DNA of 64,000 nt from an uncultured Lactobacillales bacterium (GCA_964414185.1 CAYPVK010000002.1:82296-146295); one strand, 5' to 3'. Positions 1 to 9,957 are shown, numbered from the stretch's first letter. Numbers and translations: made by a program. Notes: generated from the sequence alone by a model not told the origin.

Positions 1-1431
1 CAATTGGTTGGCCAATGCGGGATTGACTTTGCCGCCGGACGCTTTCATAACCTGGCCGACAAACCACCCTTTTAATTTGTCTTTGCCACCCTTAATTTCG
101 GCGACTTTATCGGGGTTTGCCGCCAAAATTTCGCCGATGAGCGCTTCAATCGCGCCGGTGTCGGAATTTTGTTTTAAACCCTTTTCTTCGACAATCGCGG
201 CGGGGTCTTTTTGCGTTTCAGCCATGATTTCAAATACGTCTTTGGCGATTTTGCCCGAAATCGTACCGTCGGCAATCAATCCCACCAACGCGCCCAAATT
301 CTTGGCGGAAATCGGCGATGTCGCCACGGTCAAGTTATGTTTGTTCAAATATGCGAACAAATCGCCCATGACCCAATTCGCAACCTTTTTGGCGTCGCGC
401 CCTTGCATCGCTTCTTCAAAATAAGCCGACGTTTCGGTGTCCGCCGTCAAAATTCCCGCGTCATAGGCGGGCAAGCCCAATTCATCAATATAGCGTTTCT
501 TTTTCGCTTCGGGCAATTCGGGCAATGTCGCGCGGATATTTTCGATATATTCGTCCGTCAACACGACCGGCAGCAAATCGGGGTCGGGAAAATAACGATA
601 ATCGTTTGCATTTTCCTTTGACCGCATCGGGCGCGTTTCCAAATTAATCGAATCAAACAAACGCGTTTCCTGACGCACCGTTTCGCCGTTTTCGTACGCG
701 GCCACTTGGCGGTTGGCTTCAATTTCAATGGCTTGCATCACAAAACGCACCGAATTGACGTTTTTTACTTCCACACGGTCGCGCAATTTGGTTTCGCCCA
801 CTTTGCGCACCGAAATGTTCGCATCGCACCGCATCGACCCTTCGTCCATGTTCCCGTCGCAGGTGCCCAAAGCTCGCACAATCGCGCGCAATTGGCGCAA
901 GTATTCGCCCGCTTCTTCGGGGCTGTGCATATCGGGTTTGGACACGATTTCCATCAAGCCCACGCCGCAACGGTTTAAATCGATAAACGATTTTGACGGG
1001 CTCATGTCATGGATGGATTTGCCCGCGTCTTGTTCCAAATGCAACCGTTCGACGCCGATTTTGCGTGTACCCTCAGATGTCGTGATTTCAATAAAGCCTT
1101 CGCCGACAATCGGGTAGTATAATTGGCTGATTTGATAGCCTTGCGGCAAATCCGCGTAAAAATAGTTTTTGCGGTCAAAGCGCGAATATTTGTTGATTTT
1201 CGCGTTCAATCCGAAACCCGTTTTAACGGATGCTTCAATACATTTTTCGTTCACAACGGGCAACATGCCGGGAAAACCCGCATCAATAAACGATACGTGT
1301 GTGTTTTGTTCGGCACCGAATGTCGCTGATGCGCCCGAAAAAACTTTTGCGTTCGAAATGATTTGGCAATGGACTTCCAACCCGATAACCAATTCCCAAT
1401 CCGCCGTGTTTCCTTTGATAATATACGTCAT
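1..1431 (-). CDS. gatB: Asp/Glu-tRNA(Asn/Gln) amidotransferase subunit B (GatB). It is 5'-complete, and its C-terminus runs off the window start
   Basis: The minus-strand ATG at 1431 gives [62 protein letters not shown], a clear GatB N-terminus. It lies 3 bp downstream of the gatA stop, in the classic gatC-gatA-gatB order. The plus-strand ORFs listed here are antisense shadows. Confidence 0.9.
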   Translation of the reverse strand, partial: MTYIIKGNTADWELVIGLEVHCQIISNAKVFSGASATFGAEQNTHVSFIDAGFPGMLPVVNEKCIEASVKTGFGLNAKINKYSRFDRKNYFYADLPQGYQISQLYYPIVGEGFIEITTSEGTRKIGVERLHLEQDAGKSIHDMSPSKSFIDLNRCGVGLMEIVSKPDMHSPEEAGEYLRQLRAIVRALGTCDGNMDEGSMRCDANISVRKVGETKLRDRVEVKNVNSVRFVMQAIEIEANRQVAAYENGETVRQETRLFDSINLETRPMRSKENANDYRYFPDPDLLPVVLTDEYIENIRATLPELPEAKKKRYIDELGLPAYDAGILTADTETSAYFEEAMQGRDAKKVANWVMGDLFAYLNKHNLTVATSPISAKNLGALVGLIADGTISGKIAKDVFEIMAETQKDPAAIVEEKGLKQNSDTGAIEALIGEILAANPDKVAEIKGGKDKLKGWFVGQVMKASGGKVNPALANQL

Positions 1432-1434
1432 CTT

Positions 1435-2919
1435 TTATCCTTTCACACGGTGCGGGGTTTTGTCAAATCCGGCCGCCGTTTCCAAAACGTCAGCGACGTT
1501 AAAGACCGTGTTTTCATCAAAATGTTTACCGATAATTTGAAGTCCGATGGGCAAACCTGTATCGGCCGTTTTGCCGACCGGCAACGCTAATGCGGGCAAA
1601 CCCGCGAGCGAGCTCGGCGTTGTAAATATGTCGCCCAAATATGTGGATACCGGGTCCATTTTGTCAATGTCGCCGAAATCCAAAGCCGGCGTCGGCGCGG
1701 CAGGTGCCAAAATCGCATCAACCGTTTCAAAGGCTTTTTTAAAATCGTCATAAATCAAACGGCGGACGCGTTGGGCGTGTGTGTAGTATGCATCATAAAA
1801 TCCCGCCGATAAAACGAATGTGCCGAGCATGATACGGCGTTTGACTTCGTCGCCGAAACCGTCCGTACGGGTGTTTTTGTACATCTCGTCCAACGTTTTG
1901 CCTTCAACGCGCGTTGTGTAACGTACACCGTCATAGCGCGATAAGTTTGATGAGGCTTCGGCGCACGCGATAATGTAATAAACGGGCAAGGCGTATTTCG
2001 TGTGCGGCAAAGAAATATCGACAATTTCGGCACCGGCGTCTTTTAAAAATTGTACGCCCGCATCCCACACTTTTTCAACGTCTTTGTTCATGCCGCCCAT
2101 GCGGTATTCGCGCGGCACGCCGATTTTTTTGCCGCGGATGTCGCCCGTTAAAGCCTTGGTATAATCGGGTACTTCCACATCAACCGACGTTGAATCTTTT
2201 TTATCATAGCTTGCCATCGCATTTAACAGCATCGCACAATCTTTGACCGAACGCGCCATCGGGCCCGCTTGGTCTAAGCTGGACGCAAACGCGACAATCC
2301 CATAGCGCGAACAACGCCCGTAGGTGGGTTTAATGCCCGTAATGCCGCAAAAAGAGGCCGGTTGGCGAATGGAACCGCCCGTGTCCGATCCCGTTGCACC
2401 CATGCATAAACCCGCGGCAACGGCAGCGGCCGATCCGCCCGAAGACCCGCCCGGCGTTAATGTGTATTCGCCGTCTTTAATCGTCCAAGGGTTTTTCGAC
2501 GGCCCGAAATAGCTGGTTCGTGTCGATCCGCCCATTGCGAATTGGTCCGTGTTCAATTTGCCGAGCATGACGGTACCCGCATCGCGCAGATTTTGCGAAA
2601 CGGTGGATTCATACGGCGGCACGAATTTTGATAAAATCTTGCTGGCGGCCGTTGTTTTAATGCCCGCCGTGCAATATAAATCCTTATTCGCAATCGGAAT
2701 CCCGTCCAAATCGCCGAGTGTTTCGCCTTTGGCACGGCGTTCGTCGGACGCGGTCGCATCGGCCAATGCTCTGTCGGGCGTTTCGGTAATAAAAGCGTTA
2801 AGTACGCGCCCTTTTTCCATTTGTGCCAAATGTGCCTCAGTCAATTCTTTGGCCGAAATTTCCTTTTTGTTTAACAGATCGGCAGCCTCGGCTATCGTTA
2901 AATTAATCAAATCTGTCAT
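1435..2919 (-). CDS. gatA: Glutamyl-tRNA(Gln) amidotransferase subunit A
   Basis: 494 aa with an amidase signature ([27 protein letters not shown]). It is tightly coupled to gatC upstream and gatB downstream. Confidence 0.95.
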   Translation of the reverse strand: MTDLINLTIAEAADLLNKKEISAKELTEAHLAQMEKGRVLNAFITETPDRALADATASDERRAKGETLGDLDGIPIANKDLYCTAGIKTTAASKILSKFVPPYESTVSQNLRDAGTVMLGKLNTDQFAMGGSTRTSYFGPSKNPWTIKDGEYTLTPGGSSGGSAAAVAAGLCMGATGSDTGGSIRQPASFCGITGIKPTYGRCSRYGIVAFASSLDQAGPMARSVKDCAMLLNAMASYDKKDSTSVDVEVPDYTKALTGDIRGKKIGVPREYRMGGMNKDVEKVWDAGVQFLKDAGAEIVDISLPHTKYALPVYYIIACAEASSNLSRYDGVRYTTRVEGKTLDEMYKNTRTDGFGDEVKRRIMLGTFVLSAGFYDAYYTHAQRVRRLIYDDFKKAFETVDAILAPAAPTPALDFGDIDKMDPVSTYLGDIFTTPSSLAGLPALALPVGKTADTGLPIGLQIIGKHFDENTVFNVADVLETAAGFDKTPHRVKG

Positions 2920-2922
2920 GTC

Positions 2923-3210
2923 TTACTCCACCATTTTGGGAACTTCAAAAAATCCGTGAGCGCTTTCGGGGGCATTTTGCATCAATTCGGCTTGAATATC
3001 CCCTTCGGTCACGACATCCTTGCGCATCGGCTGGTTGGCCCCGTTAATGCTGATTAACGGTTCGACATTTGCCACGTCCACCTCTTGCAATTGTTCCACC
3101 CATTTTAAAATCCCGGCAATTTCTTCCGCCATTTTTTCTTTTCCCGCTTCATCTAAATTCAATCGGGCGAGATTGGCGATGTTGGCGGTTGTTTGTAAAT
3201 CGAAACTCAT
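2923..3210 (-). CDS. gatC: Glutamyl-tRNA(Gln) amidotransferase subunit C
   Basis: 95 aa, MSFDLQTTANIANLARLNLDEAGKEKMAEEIAGILKWVEQLQ. This is a typical GatC, located immediately upstream of gatA. Confidence 0.9.
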   Translation of the reverse strand: MSFDLQTTANIANLARLNLDEAGKEKMAEEIAGILKWVEQLQEVDVANVEPLISINGANQPMRKDVVTEGDIQAELMQNAPESAHGFFEVPKMVE

Positions 3211-3240
3211 TCCTTAAAATTCCTTTTAAAACGCAATTGT

Positions 3241-3566
3241 ACGGTCGCTTCCGGTGCTCATATCCTCACGTACCCGAAAGTACGCTCCGGTATTGTGCGC
3301 CGGTTCTCCCTCCACTTGCGCCCTAAAAGAAATTTATTGAGAGAGAAAAGTGTCTTTTAATGCAAAAGAGTGTGCGTTAAATTCGTCCGTTTGTCAAGAA
3401 AAATATAAATCCATTTTATAGCCCGTCTGCGCGCGTCCTTCCGGTACTCGTATTCTCACGTACGTTAAGTACGCTGCGGTACTGCGTGCCGGGTGCCGCT
3501 CCATACGAACTTTCAAATGAATTTATGTGTGTTTACAGCCAGTCTGGACGCATCCTTTCGGTATCA
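3241..3566. repeat. Array of ~100-bp imperfect direct repeats: two full copies (~3241-3340 and ~3419-3526) and one truncated copy (~3537-3566), spaced ~180 bp apart and non-coding
   Basis: Copy 1 reads cgcttccggtgctcatatcctcacgtacccgaaagtacgctccggtattgtgcgccgg. Copy 2 reads cgtccttccggtactcgtattctcacgtacgttaagtacgctgcggtactgcgtgccgg. Each has a cgtac/gtacg mini-hairpin core and the two are ~75% identical. The third copy (agccagtctggacgcatcctttcggtatc) matches only the 5' part. No ORF spans them. Confidence 0.55.
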
Positions 3567-3692
3567 TTGTTTCAAAATAATTTTTGAATAAATAAAAATA
3601 TGCTTTACCATTTATATAAAACCGTTAATTTTTGCTTGATTTATCAGACAAATTACAGTTATACTGCTTACATAACAAGAAACGAGGTTGAT

Positions 3693-3980
3693 ATGCAAGA
3701 GCCGATTTTAAAAGCAGTTGCCATGCCGCCGCGCGTCTTTTGGGCGCCGATGGTGCCGGCTATTGTCAATATCGCGGTGCAAACGCCGATTATGTTTGTG
3801 TGGATTGCGTTCGGTAACAACCCGATTTTCTTTATTGCAACCCTTTTGCTTGCCCATATCGGCATTATCATTTACGGGGTGCGCGAACCTCATTTATCGA
3901 ATATGATGAAGGCGTCGGGCCCGATGATGAGTCCGTCCAAAAACATCTATCCATCCAAGGGAAATAAATTGGCTCCATGA
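3693..3980 (+). CDS. virB3: Type IV secretion system protein VirB3/TrbD-like
   Basis: MQEPILKAVAMPPRVFWAPMVPAIVNIAVQ... matches the VirB3 signature (PLFKGLTRPAM-like) and contains a hydrophobic hairpin. A gaggt ribosome-binding site lies upstream. It sits immediately before virB4. The ORF track's earlier start at 3600 is unlikely. Confidence 0.7.
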   Translation: MQEPILKAVAMPPRVFWAPMVPAIVNIAVQTPIMFVWIAFGNNPIFFIATLLLAHIGIIIYGVREPHLSNMMKASGPMMSPSKNIYPSKGNKLAP

Positions 3981-3993
3981 CAAAGGATTTTAA

Positions 3994-6426
3994 ATGACAG
4001 ATGCAGGCGTATTTTCGATGTTGGCGCAAAGCGCCTCGTCCTTTTCCACTTTGGTAGCCGTTTTCGGCGTCGGCGCGGCTATGCTGATTATGGCCGTGTT
4101 TGTGACCAAATTGGGCGATATTATTTTGCCTAAGCCCAAAGAAACGCGTGTATCGGATTTTTTGCCGTTTTCCAAGTTGGATGAAGACGGTGCGACGATT
4201 CATATGCGCAACGGGTCTTTGGCGCGCGTATTTGAAGTCAAAGGCGCTGATACGACGTTGTTAATGCCCGAAGACCGCGCCCAATTGGCCGAGGCGCGCA
4301 AGCGGTGGGTTGATTCGATGGCCGAATTGGAAATTGTATCGCGCGTTATTACGATACGCGAACGTGTGCCGTTATTTGAAAAAGAAGCGTTTCGCGACAG
4401 CAAGCTTTTGCGCACCATTTCCGAATTATGGCTGCGCGCTTTGCACCGTATTTTCCACAACCGCCATTATATCGTGTTGTCGGTCAACGACCGCAAAACG
4501 GCCATGAAAGATTTGGTGCAAGCCAGCAATGCCTTGACGGCTATTTTGGATATGTATGAACCGGTTTTGATTTCCGAAAAAACGCCGAACCGCCACAACG
4601 ACAAATCGCCGTTTTGGCTGTTTGCAAAGCTGCTCAGCCCGCTTTCAAACCCGAAACCGATTGTGCATGGGGAACAGGGCGAATATTTAAACGCGTTGTT
4701 GACATCGGATTATATCCATTTTACCAAAGATGAAGGCATCATTAAATTCATTTCGGGCACGAAAGAAAAAATGGCGATATGCATGGGCATTCGCAAACCC
4801 GGCGATTTTATGGACGAACAAATGGTTGCCGATATTATCAGCATTGATTGCGAAGTGACCGTTTGCCATAATATTAAGGCTATTCCGAATGTCAAAGCCA
4901 ACTTTTTGCTGATGCAACAACGGCGTATGGCATATTTGACGACCTTTTCGCAAAACGTGCAACAACAATATGATACCGCGTTGGAATGGATGGACCAATC
5001 CGATGCGGACGGTCAAACGTTGAACGAATATGCGATGAGCGTGTTTATTTTCGGCGATTCGAAAGAAGAATTGAATTTCGGGCAAGAAGAAGTCGAAAAA
5101 ATCTGCCGCTTGCACAATGTGACGCCGGTGCGTGACGGATGGGCGGCGCAAGCGACGTTTTTTGCGCAATTCCCGACCTATGAAGTTTATCCGCGTACGT
5201 TTATGTATTTATCGCGTGTGGTTGCGTGCGGCGTGTGTATTGACAAAACCGCCGAAGGGCGCCAAAAATCGGATTGGGGCCCGGTGCCGTTGTCTTATTT
5301 CAGGACGATTACCGGCACGCCTTATGCGTTCCAATTCCACGTGTCCGAAGAACCGTACGGCGTGGCGCATACCGCTTTAATCGGGCCGACGGGTCAAGGT
5401 AAAACGACGTTTTTCTCATTCATGGCGGGGCAATCGATGCGTATTCCCGATTTACGCACGTATTTCTTTGACCGCAACAACGGCGCCAAAGTCTTTGCTT
5501 TGATGCAAGGCGCCCCTTACGTCAAATTTGACGGCGGTGCCGAATCGGTGTCGCTCAATCCGTTGGCCGTACCCGATACGCCGGATAATCGCGCGTTCTT
5601 GCGTACGTGGATTCGCGATATCACGGGCGGTACGGATGCCGTTTCCGAACAAGAAATCGCCCGCGCCGTCACGACTGCGTTTGATTATTTAAAACCGTCG
5701 GAAAGGCTGCTTAAAAACCTGTACAAAGCGTGTTTTGCGCCGAACGGGTATATGCGCACCGAATTGTTGCGCTGGGTTAATGACGACCAATACGGGCGCG
5801 TGTTTAATTCGCCGACCGATAATTTGGATTTGGAACACCGCTATATGGCGTTTGATTTTACGACGATTTTCCAAGACGGCGTTTTGGCGCCGGCGGTAAT
5901 CAGTTACATCATGCACCGTATTCATACGCTTGCCACCGCAACGGGCAATCCGAACTTGATTATGATGGATGAAACGGCGCCGATGTTGGAACACCCGATG
6001 TTTCGCGAACAATTTATTGTGGGTTTGCGCGAAGGGCGTAAAAAACGCCAAGCTTTCCTGTGCGCTTTCCAACAGCCGCGGTTTTTGGATGACAACGGTC
6101 TCGGCGACGTGATTCGCGGGCAATGCCAAACGGTGATATTCTTCCGCAATCCGCAAGCGAACCCGTCCGATTATGCGACATGGAATTTAACGCCCAGAGA
6201 GATGAATTTCATCATGGGCAAAGAATTCGCCGACCATAAATACGCAATTTTGGTCAGCCGCCCCGCCATTCACGAATCCGTCATTTTGGACATTGATTTA
6301 AGCGGGTTGGGCCCGTATTTGAAAATTTATTCGTCGGGTAACAAATCCGTGTTGTTGGCCGAACAGCTGTCCCGCCAAATCAGCGATACCGATGCGTTGG
6401 TACAAGCGTATTTGGAACGCGCGTAA
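3994..6426 (+). CDS. virB4: Type IV secretion system ATPase VirB4/TrbE/CagE
   Basis: 810 aa with an N-terminal TM segment, a Walker A motif (GPTGQGKTTFFSFM) and a Walker B motif (LIMMDETAP). The overall architecture is that of a VirB4. Confidence 0.9.
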   Translation: MTDAGVFSMLAQSASSFSTLVAVFGVGAAMLIMAVFVTKLGDIILPKPKETRVSDFLPFSKLDEDGATIHMRNGSLARVFEVKGADTTLLMPEDRAQLAEARKRWVDSMAELEIVSRVITIRERVPLFEKEAFRDSKLLRTISELWLRALHRIFHNRHYIVLSVNDRKTAMKDLVQASNALTAILDMYEPVLISEKTPNRHNDKSPFWLFAKLLSPLSNPKPIVHGEQGEYLNALLTSDYIHFTKDEGIIKFISGTKEKMAICMGIRKPGDFMDEQMVADIISIDCEVTVCHNIKAIPNVKANFLLMQQRRMAYLTTFSQNVQQQYDTALEWMDQSDADGQTLNEYAMSVFIFGDSKEELNFGQEEVEKICRLHNVTPVRDGWAAQATFFAQFPTYEVYPRTFMYLSRVVACGVCIDKTAEGRQKSDWGPVPLSYFRTITGTPYAFQFHVSEEPYGVAHTALIGPTGQGKTTFFSFMAGQSMRIPDLRTYFFDRNNGAKVFALMQGAPYVKFDGGAESVSLNPLAVPDTPDNRAFLRTWIRDITGGTDAVSEQEIARAVTTAFDYLKPSERLLKNLYKACFAPNGYMRTELLRWVNDDQYGRVFNSPTDNLDLEHRYMAFDFTTIFQDGVLAPAVISYIMHRIHTLATATGNPNLIMMDETAPMLEHPMFREQFIVGLREGRKKRQAFLCAFQQPRFLDDNGLGDVIRGQCQTVIFFRNPQANPSDYATWNLTPREMNFIMGKEFADHKYAILVSRPAIHESVILDIDLSGLGPYLKIYSSGNKSVLLAEQLSRQISDTDALVQAYLERA

Positions 6427-6458
6427 AAACGGGCTTATAACAAACGGGCGGGCAAATC

Positions 6459-7376
6459 ATGCGGCAAATTCCCTTTGAAAATTTAGCGTGTCCGATTGAT
6501 TTGGAACCGCTTAAAGTTTATGAAAGCTTTGCAGGGCAAACACGGCAGGAAAGTTTTTACAAATGTGTGCATAACCATTCGTTCGATACGGCGCGCGCCG
6601 GATATGTCAATTTGTTGCCGTCCCAATTCAAACATTCCAAAAACCCCGGCGACCAAAAACAAATGGTTATGGCAAGAACGGCCTTTTTAAATTCGGGCGC
6701 TTACAAGGACGTTTTGCAAGCGTTGTATGAAGCTGTTAAAGTTTATATAAGCGATATATCCCGCGATGCCCCGTCGACAGGTCAAACGGATACAACTTCC
6801 TTGAATATCGTTGATGCGGGGTGCGGGGAAGGGTATTATACCGTCGGTTTGGCTAAAAAATTAGCGCAAGAGCCGGGCGACGATTCTTTTTCGATTTTCG
6901 GATATGATATATCCAAAGAAGCCGTTACGGCCGCCGCCAAACGCGGCAAAGGCATTTCTTGGGCGGTGGCAACAACGGCGCGCATGCCCGTTTTAACCCG
7001 AACGGCTGATATGGTTTTATGCTTGTTCGGTTTTCCCGTGTGGTCGGAATTTGACCGCGTATTAAAGCCGAGCGGGCAAATTGTTTTTATCGATGCTGAC
7101 GCGGACCACCTGATTGAATTGCGTGAAAGGATGTATGACACGGTTTATCAAAAACAAGCCGTGTCCCGTACGTATCCCGGGTTTGAATGTACGGGCGCAC
7201 GGCGGTATAAAATCCCGCTTGAAAAATTATCAAGCGAACAAATTGCCGATTTAATCAAAATGACGCCGCATTATTATCGGATGAATAAGGATAAATTCAA
7301 TCTTCTTACGTCTCATCCGCCGAAATGCGTGACACTTGATTTTTGTGTATCGCGTTACAGCCGTAAAAACGGTTGA
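6459..7376 (+). CDS. rlmA: 23S rRNA (guanine745-N1)-methyltransferase RlmA
   Basis: It has an N-terminal zinc ribbon (LACPIDLEP...CVHNHSFDTARAGYVNLLP) and a SAM motif (VDAGCGEGYYT). This is closely similar to the organisation of E. coli RlmA(I). Confidence 0.8.
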   Translation: MRQIPFENLACPIDLEPLKVYESFAGQTRQESFYKCVHNHSFDTARAGYVNLLPSQFKHSKNPGDQKQMVMARTAFLNSGAYKDVLQALYEAVKVYISDISRDAPSTGQTDTTSLNIVDAGCGEGYYTVGLAKKLAQEPGDDSFSIFGYDISKEAVTAAAKRGKGISWAVATTARMPVLTRTADMVLCLFGFPVWSEFDRVLKPSGQIVFIDADADHLIELRERMYDTVYQKQAVSRTYPGFECTGARRYKIPLEKLSSEQIADLIKMTPHYYRMNKDKFNLLTSHPPKCVTLDFCVSRYSRKNG

Positions 7377-7396
7377 GTATAAAAATTTTGAACGAA

Positions 7397-7816
7397 TCAT
7401 TCGGTATGATGGTTTTCGGCGGTGTTTGTTTTTAAGGCATTTTCGCCGTTAATTTTGATATTGTCCGAAACTTTTTTTTCATCGGCATCAATGGCGGGAG
7501 TTTGCAAAACACAAACTTCATACGGTATGTTCGGTTCAATGGTTCGGTCGGTTTGGTTATCGATAATCATTAACCGCCCCGCGCAGCATTGGTGTGCCAC
7601 TTTAACGGTTGTTTTTTCGGCATCGGTTTCGGATTCGATTAAATTCCACACATGCCCGAGCGCATCGCAAAAACGGGCAAACGCGCGGTATAATTCGTTG
7701 TCGGACGATGTATGATTCCGCCCTTTAAGGTATATACTTTTCCCATCAAGTGTGATATATTTTTTTGCAATTTTGATACGCGGTTTTATAGCCCGTGTTT
7801 TTGTTGATTTCGGCAT
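7397..7816 (-). CDS. Hypothetical protein with a basic N-terminus
   Basis: 139-aa ORF convergent with rlmA. No recognisable motif, but coding-like composition. Confidence 0.45.
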   Translation of the reverse strand: MPKSTKTRAIKPRIKIAKKYITLDGKSIYLKGRNHTSSDNELYRAFARFCDALGHVWNLIESETDAEKTTVKVAHQCCAGRLMIIDNQTDRTIEPNIPYEVCVLQTPAIDADEKKVSDNIKINGENALKTNTAENHHTE

Positions 7817-7976
7817 ATGATTTTCTCCCCCCTTAAAAGAAAAAATTACCTTTTATTTTAATCATAATTTAAATATAAAACAACCCGTCATTATAAAAAA
7901 TTATTTGAAAAATCGTATGGCGCATTCCATATAAATACGGTACGGGATATATATGTTAACCTATAAGGAGAAGAAA

Positions 7977-8180
7977 ATGAAAATATTCACGGCAATTGCC
8001 TTTTATTTGACGATTATCGGCGGTTTGAACTGGCTGTTGGTCGGTTTGTTTAACTTTGATTTGGTTTTGTATTTGTTCGGTGCATTCAATTACGTACCGC
8101 AAATTATTTACACCATCGTGGGTTTAAGCGCGATTTGGCTGTTGGCTGCACCGATATACGTTAAAAAAACACGGATTTAA
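7977..8180 (+). CDS. DUF378-family small membrane protein
   Basis: MKIFTAIAFYLTIIGGLNWLLVGLFNFDLV matches the DUF378 signature (GGLNWGLVG). An aaggag ribosome-binding site lies 6 nt upstream of the ATG at 7977, and a terminator follows. Confidence 0.7.
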   Translation: MKIFTAIAFYLTIIGGLNWLLVGLFNFDLVLYLFGAFNYVPQIIYTIVGLSAIWLLAAPIYVKKTRI

Positions 8181-8194
8181 AATATTTAAAAAAA

Positions 8195-8220
8195 AGCACC
8201 GTTTAAACGGTGCTTTTTTA
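8195..8220. terminator. Rho-independent bidirectional terminator
   Basis: agcaccgttt/aaacggtgct forms a perfect 10-bp stem, flanked by an A-run and a T-run. Confidence 0.75.
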
Positions 8221-8260
8221 AATGCCGTTGCGTTGTCGGGGCTGCGGTCGGAAATTTTGT

Positions 8261-8821
8261 TTATAAACTGTGAGATGCTTCGAAATTTTGCAAATTCGCC
8301 GGCAACGGTTTGCCGATTATTTTTTTGGGCGGTTGTTCCGCCGGCGGCACGGATTCCAAAATGGCCGTGTTTTCGCCTGTGTCCATGTTATGTATGACGG
8401 CTTTGATTTTAAAATAGTGTTGTGTTTGCGGATGATAAGCCGATTTAGGTTGTTTTGGTATTTTGGTTGTTTTTTCGGGGAAAATCCAATCTTGAATTTT
8501 TCTTTCCAAAATAACGCTTGTCGTACTGCCGATGGCAAAAAATGCCAAAGCCGATACCCCATACAAAAACATATGCTTTGATTTTAAAAAACATTGCCAT
8601 GATTCGCCGTTACATCCCAAAGGCGTTATTTTTAAAATTTTATGTATCAACGCTTCGAATTTATTCGGCCGTTCGGGCTTTTTTATATCGCATGCGGTGT
8701 GATTTTTTAAACAACCCGCACAAAAATTCGTATTTTTTTCGGTGTGTGTCGGCATTTGTTTTCCTTTGCAAATATACCTTTTATTTAGGGCAAAGGCGCG
8801 CAATTCGTCAAGCAATGCCAT
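8261..8821 (-). CDS. Hypothetical single-pass membrane protein with an N-terminal Cys cluster (CxGC...C...GCNG...C), possibly a zinc-finger or anti-sigma-like protein
   Basis: 186 aa. A cytoplasmic Cys-rich N-terminus is followed by a TM helix (MFLYGVSALAFFAIGSTTSVIL) and a Pro/Lys-rich C-terminus. It is the last gene of a leftward operon. Confidence 0.5.
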   Translation of the reverse strand: MALLDELRAFALNKRYICKGKQMPTHTEKNTNFCAGCLKNHTACDIKKPERPNKFEALIHKILKITPLGCNGESWQCFLKSKHMFLYGVSALAFFAIGSTTSVILERKIQDWIFPEKTTKIPKQPKSAYHPQTQHYFKIKAVIHNMDTGENTAILESVPPAEQPPKKIIGKPLPANLQNFEASHSL

Positions 8822-8859
8822 ACTATTTGATTTTTCGGCAAGAATGTTTTTTGACGGCG

Positions 8860-9957
8860 TTAATGTTCGATAACCTTAATTTCGTCAATAAACAAAATGC
8901 CGCCTTGCGCATCCGGAACCATTTGGCGGCGAACAATCCGACCGTTGGGCAGGTATAAGAAATCTTCATGCGTTTTGGTCAGCCTTGAAAATAAATCTTT
9001 TTGTTCTTTTTTATAGTGGGAGAAATCTTTAACTTGAGGCAAACAACCCTTTTCTTGCAATTTATTTAAAAATTCTTCGTAAAACGGTTCGCGCCTGACC
9101 CAAGCGGTATCCAATTTCCACAATTCGATAAAATGTTTGTTGGCGAAAACCAAACGCGTGTTGGCATCAAACAAACATACGGGGCATGGCAATTCTTTCA
9201 GCGCGTTCAAATGTGCGATTCGTGCGTCTTCCAATAAAGCCTTTAAACCTTGTTCGGTGGTTTTGTCCTGCCCGTATTTAAGGTGGTAAAAATTGTTTAA
9301 AGATGTTTCAAATTTTAATTCCTGCCAATGTAAATCGGCGATGGCATCGGGTTCTTGCGTCAATGTTTTGTTGCCGAAAATCAAATCCCCTTTTTCGTTT
9401 TCGATCATCAACGGGAACGGTAATCGGTTCAATGCGCCCGAAATGATTTCTTTTTCATCGGATAACTGTTTGTATTTTAATGTGCTTTGTGTGAATTGCG
9501 CCGTTGTGTACGAAATGTTTTCAAACCATAAAATGTATGCTTTTTGTTCGGGATACGGTGTTTGAAGCGGCGCGCCTGAAACCTTTAAATGCATCAGGTT
9601 TAACAGGTTTTGTACCACCAATTCAAAGGAAGTGCCGTTTTGTTTCAAACGGGTAAATTTTTCCGTCAAATCCCGCTTTGACCCCGCCGACAAAGTGTTT
9701 AGAATAATTTCGAAATCCGATGATGTATCGACAATATTCAACATCAGGCATAGCCGTCTGGAACACAAGGATCGAGTTATTTTCGGTGCCTCGATTTGCA
9801 AATAAAATCCCATCGGCGCGCCGGATAGGACATCTTCCAAATGATTGGCGCGTTCAATGTGCAATGCGGCGCGGCGTTTGTATTTTTCAATAATAATGAT
9901 GAACAAAATAAAAGCGACAAGGCACAGTGTATAAAACGAAGCCAATAAAATGCTCAT
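8860..9957 (-). CDS. Membrane-anchored PAS-domain sensor protein lacking a histidine-kinase transmitter
   Basis: It has an N-terminal TM segment (LLASFYTLCLVAFILFIIII) and a PAS-like segment (LPCPVCLFDANTRLVFANKHFIELWKLD). The protein ends with no H-box, N-box or G-box. It is translationally adjacent to comM. Confidence 0.6.
   Translation of the reverse strand: MSILLASFYTLCLVAFILFIIIIEKYKRRAALHIERANHLEDVLSGAPMGFYLQIEAPKITRSLCSRRLCLMLNIVDTSSDFEIILNTLSAGSKRDLTEKFTRLKQNGTSFELVVQNLLNLMHLKVSGAPLQTPYPEQKAYILWFENISYTTAQFTQSTLKYKQLSDEKEIISGALNRLPFPLMIENEKGDLIFGNKTLTQEPDAIADLHWQELKFETSLNNFYHLKYGQDKTTEQGLKALLEDARIAHLNALKELPCPVCLFDANTRLVFANKHFIELWKLDTAWVRREPFYEEFLNKLQEKGCLPQVKDFSHYKKEQKDLFSRLTKTHEDFLYLPNGRIVRRQMVPDAQGGILFIDEIKVIEH

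Noticed and set aside
8-1590. Several plus-strand ORFs of 68-138 aa (8-424, 211-621, 706-1117, 1169-1540, etc.)
   Set aside because: They are antisense shadows of the minus-strand gatB and gatA coding regions, which give unmistakable GatB and GatA translations. They have no motifs and low-complexity composition.
3241-3566. Possibility that the ~100-bp repeats are a CRISPR array or tRNA genes
   Set aside because: The repeats are long (~100 bp), imperfect and irregularly spaced, and there are no cas genes. No cloverleaf, anticodon-arm or GTTC T-loop pattern fits a tRNA.
3600-3692. N-terminal extension of the virB3 ORF (MLYHLYKTVNFCLIYQ...)
   Set aside because: It is an AT-rich leader with no ribosome-binding site. 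The conserved VirB3 sequence begins at the Met at 3693, which is preceded by a gaggt ribosome-binding site.
4687-6156. Minus-strand ORFs of 155-160 aa inside virB4
   Set aside because: They are antisense to a strongly supported VirB4 CDS and have no recognisable domains.
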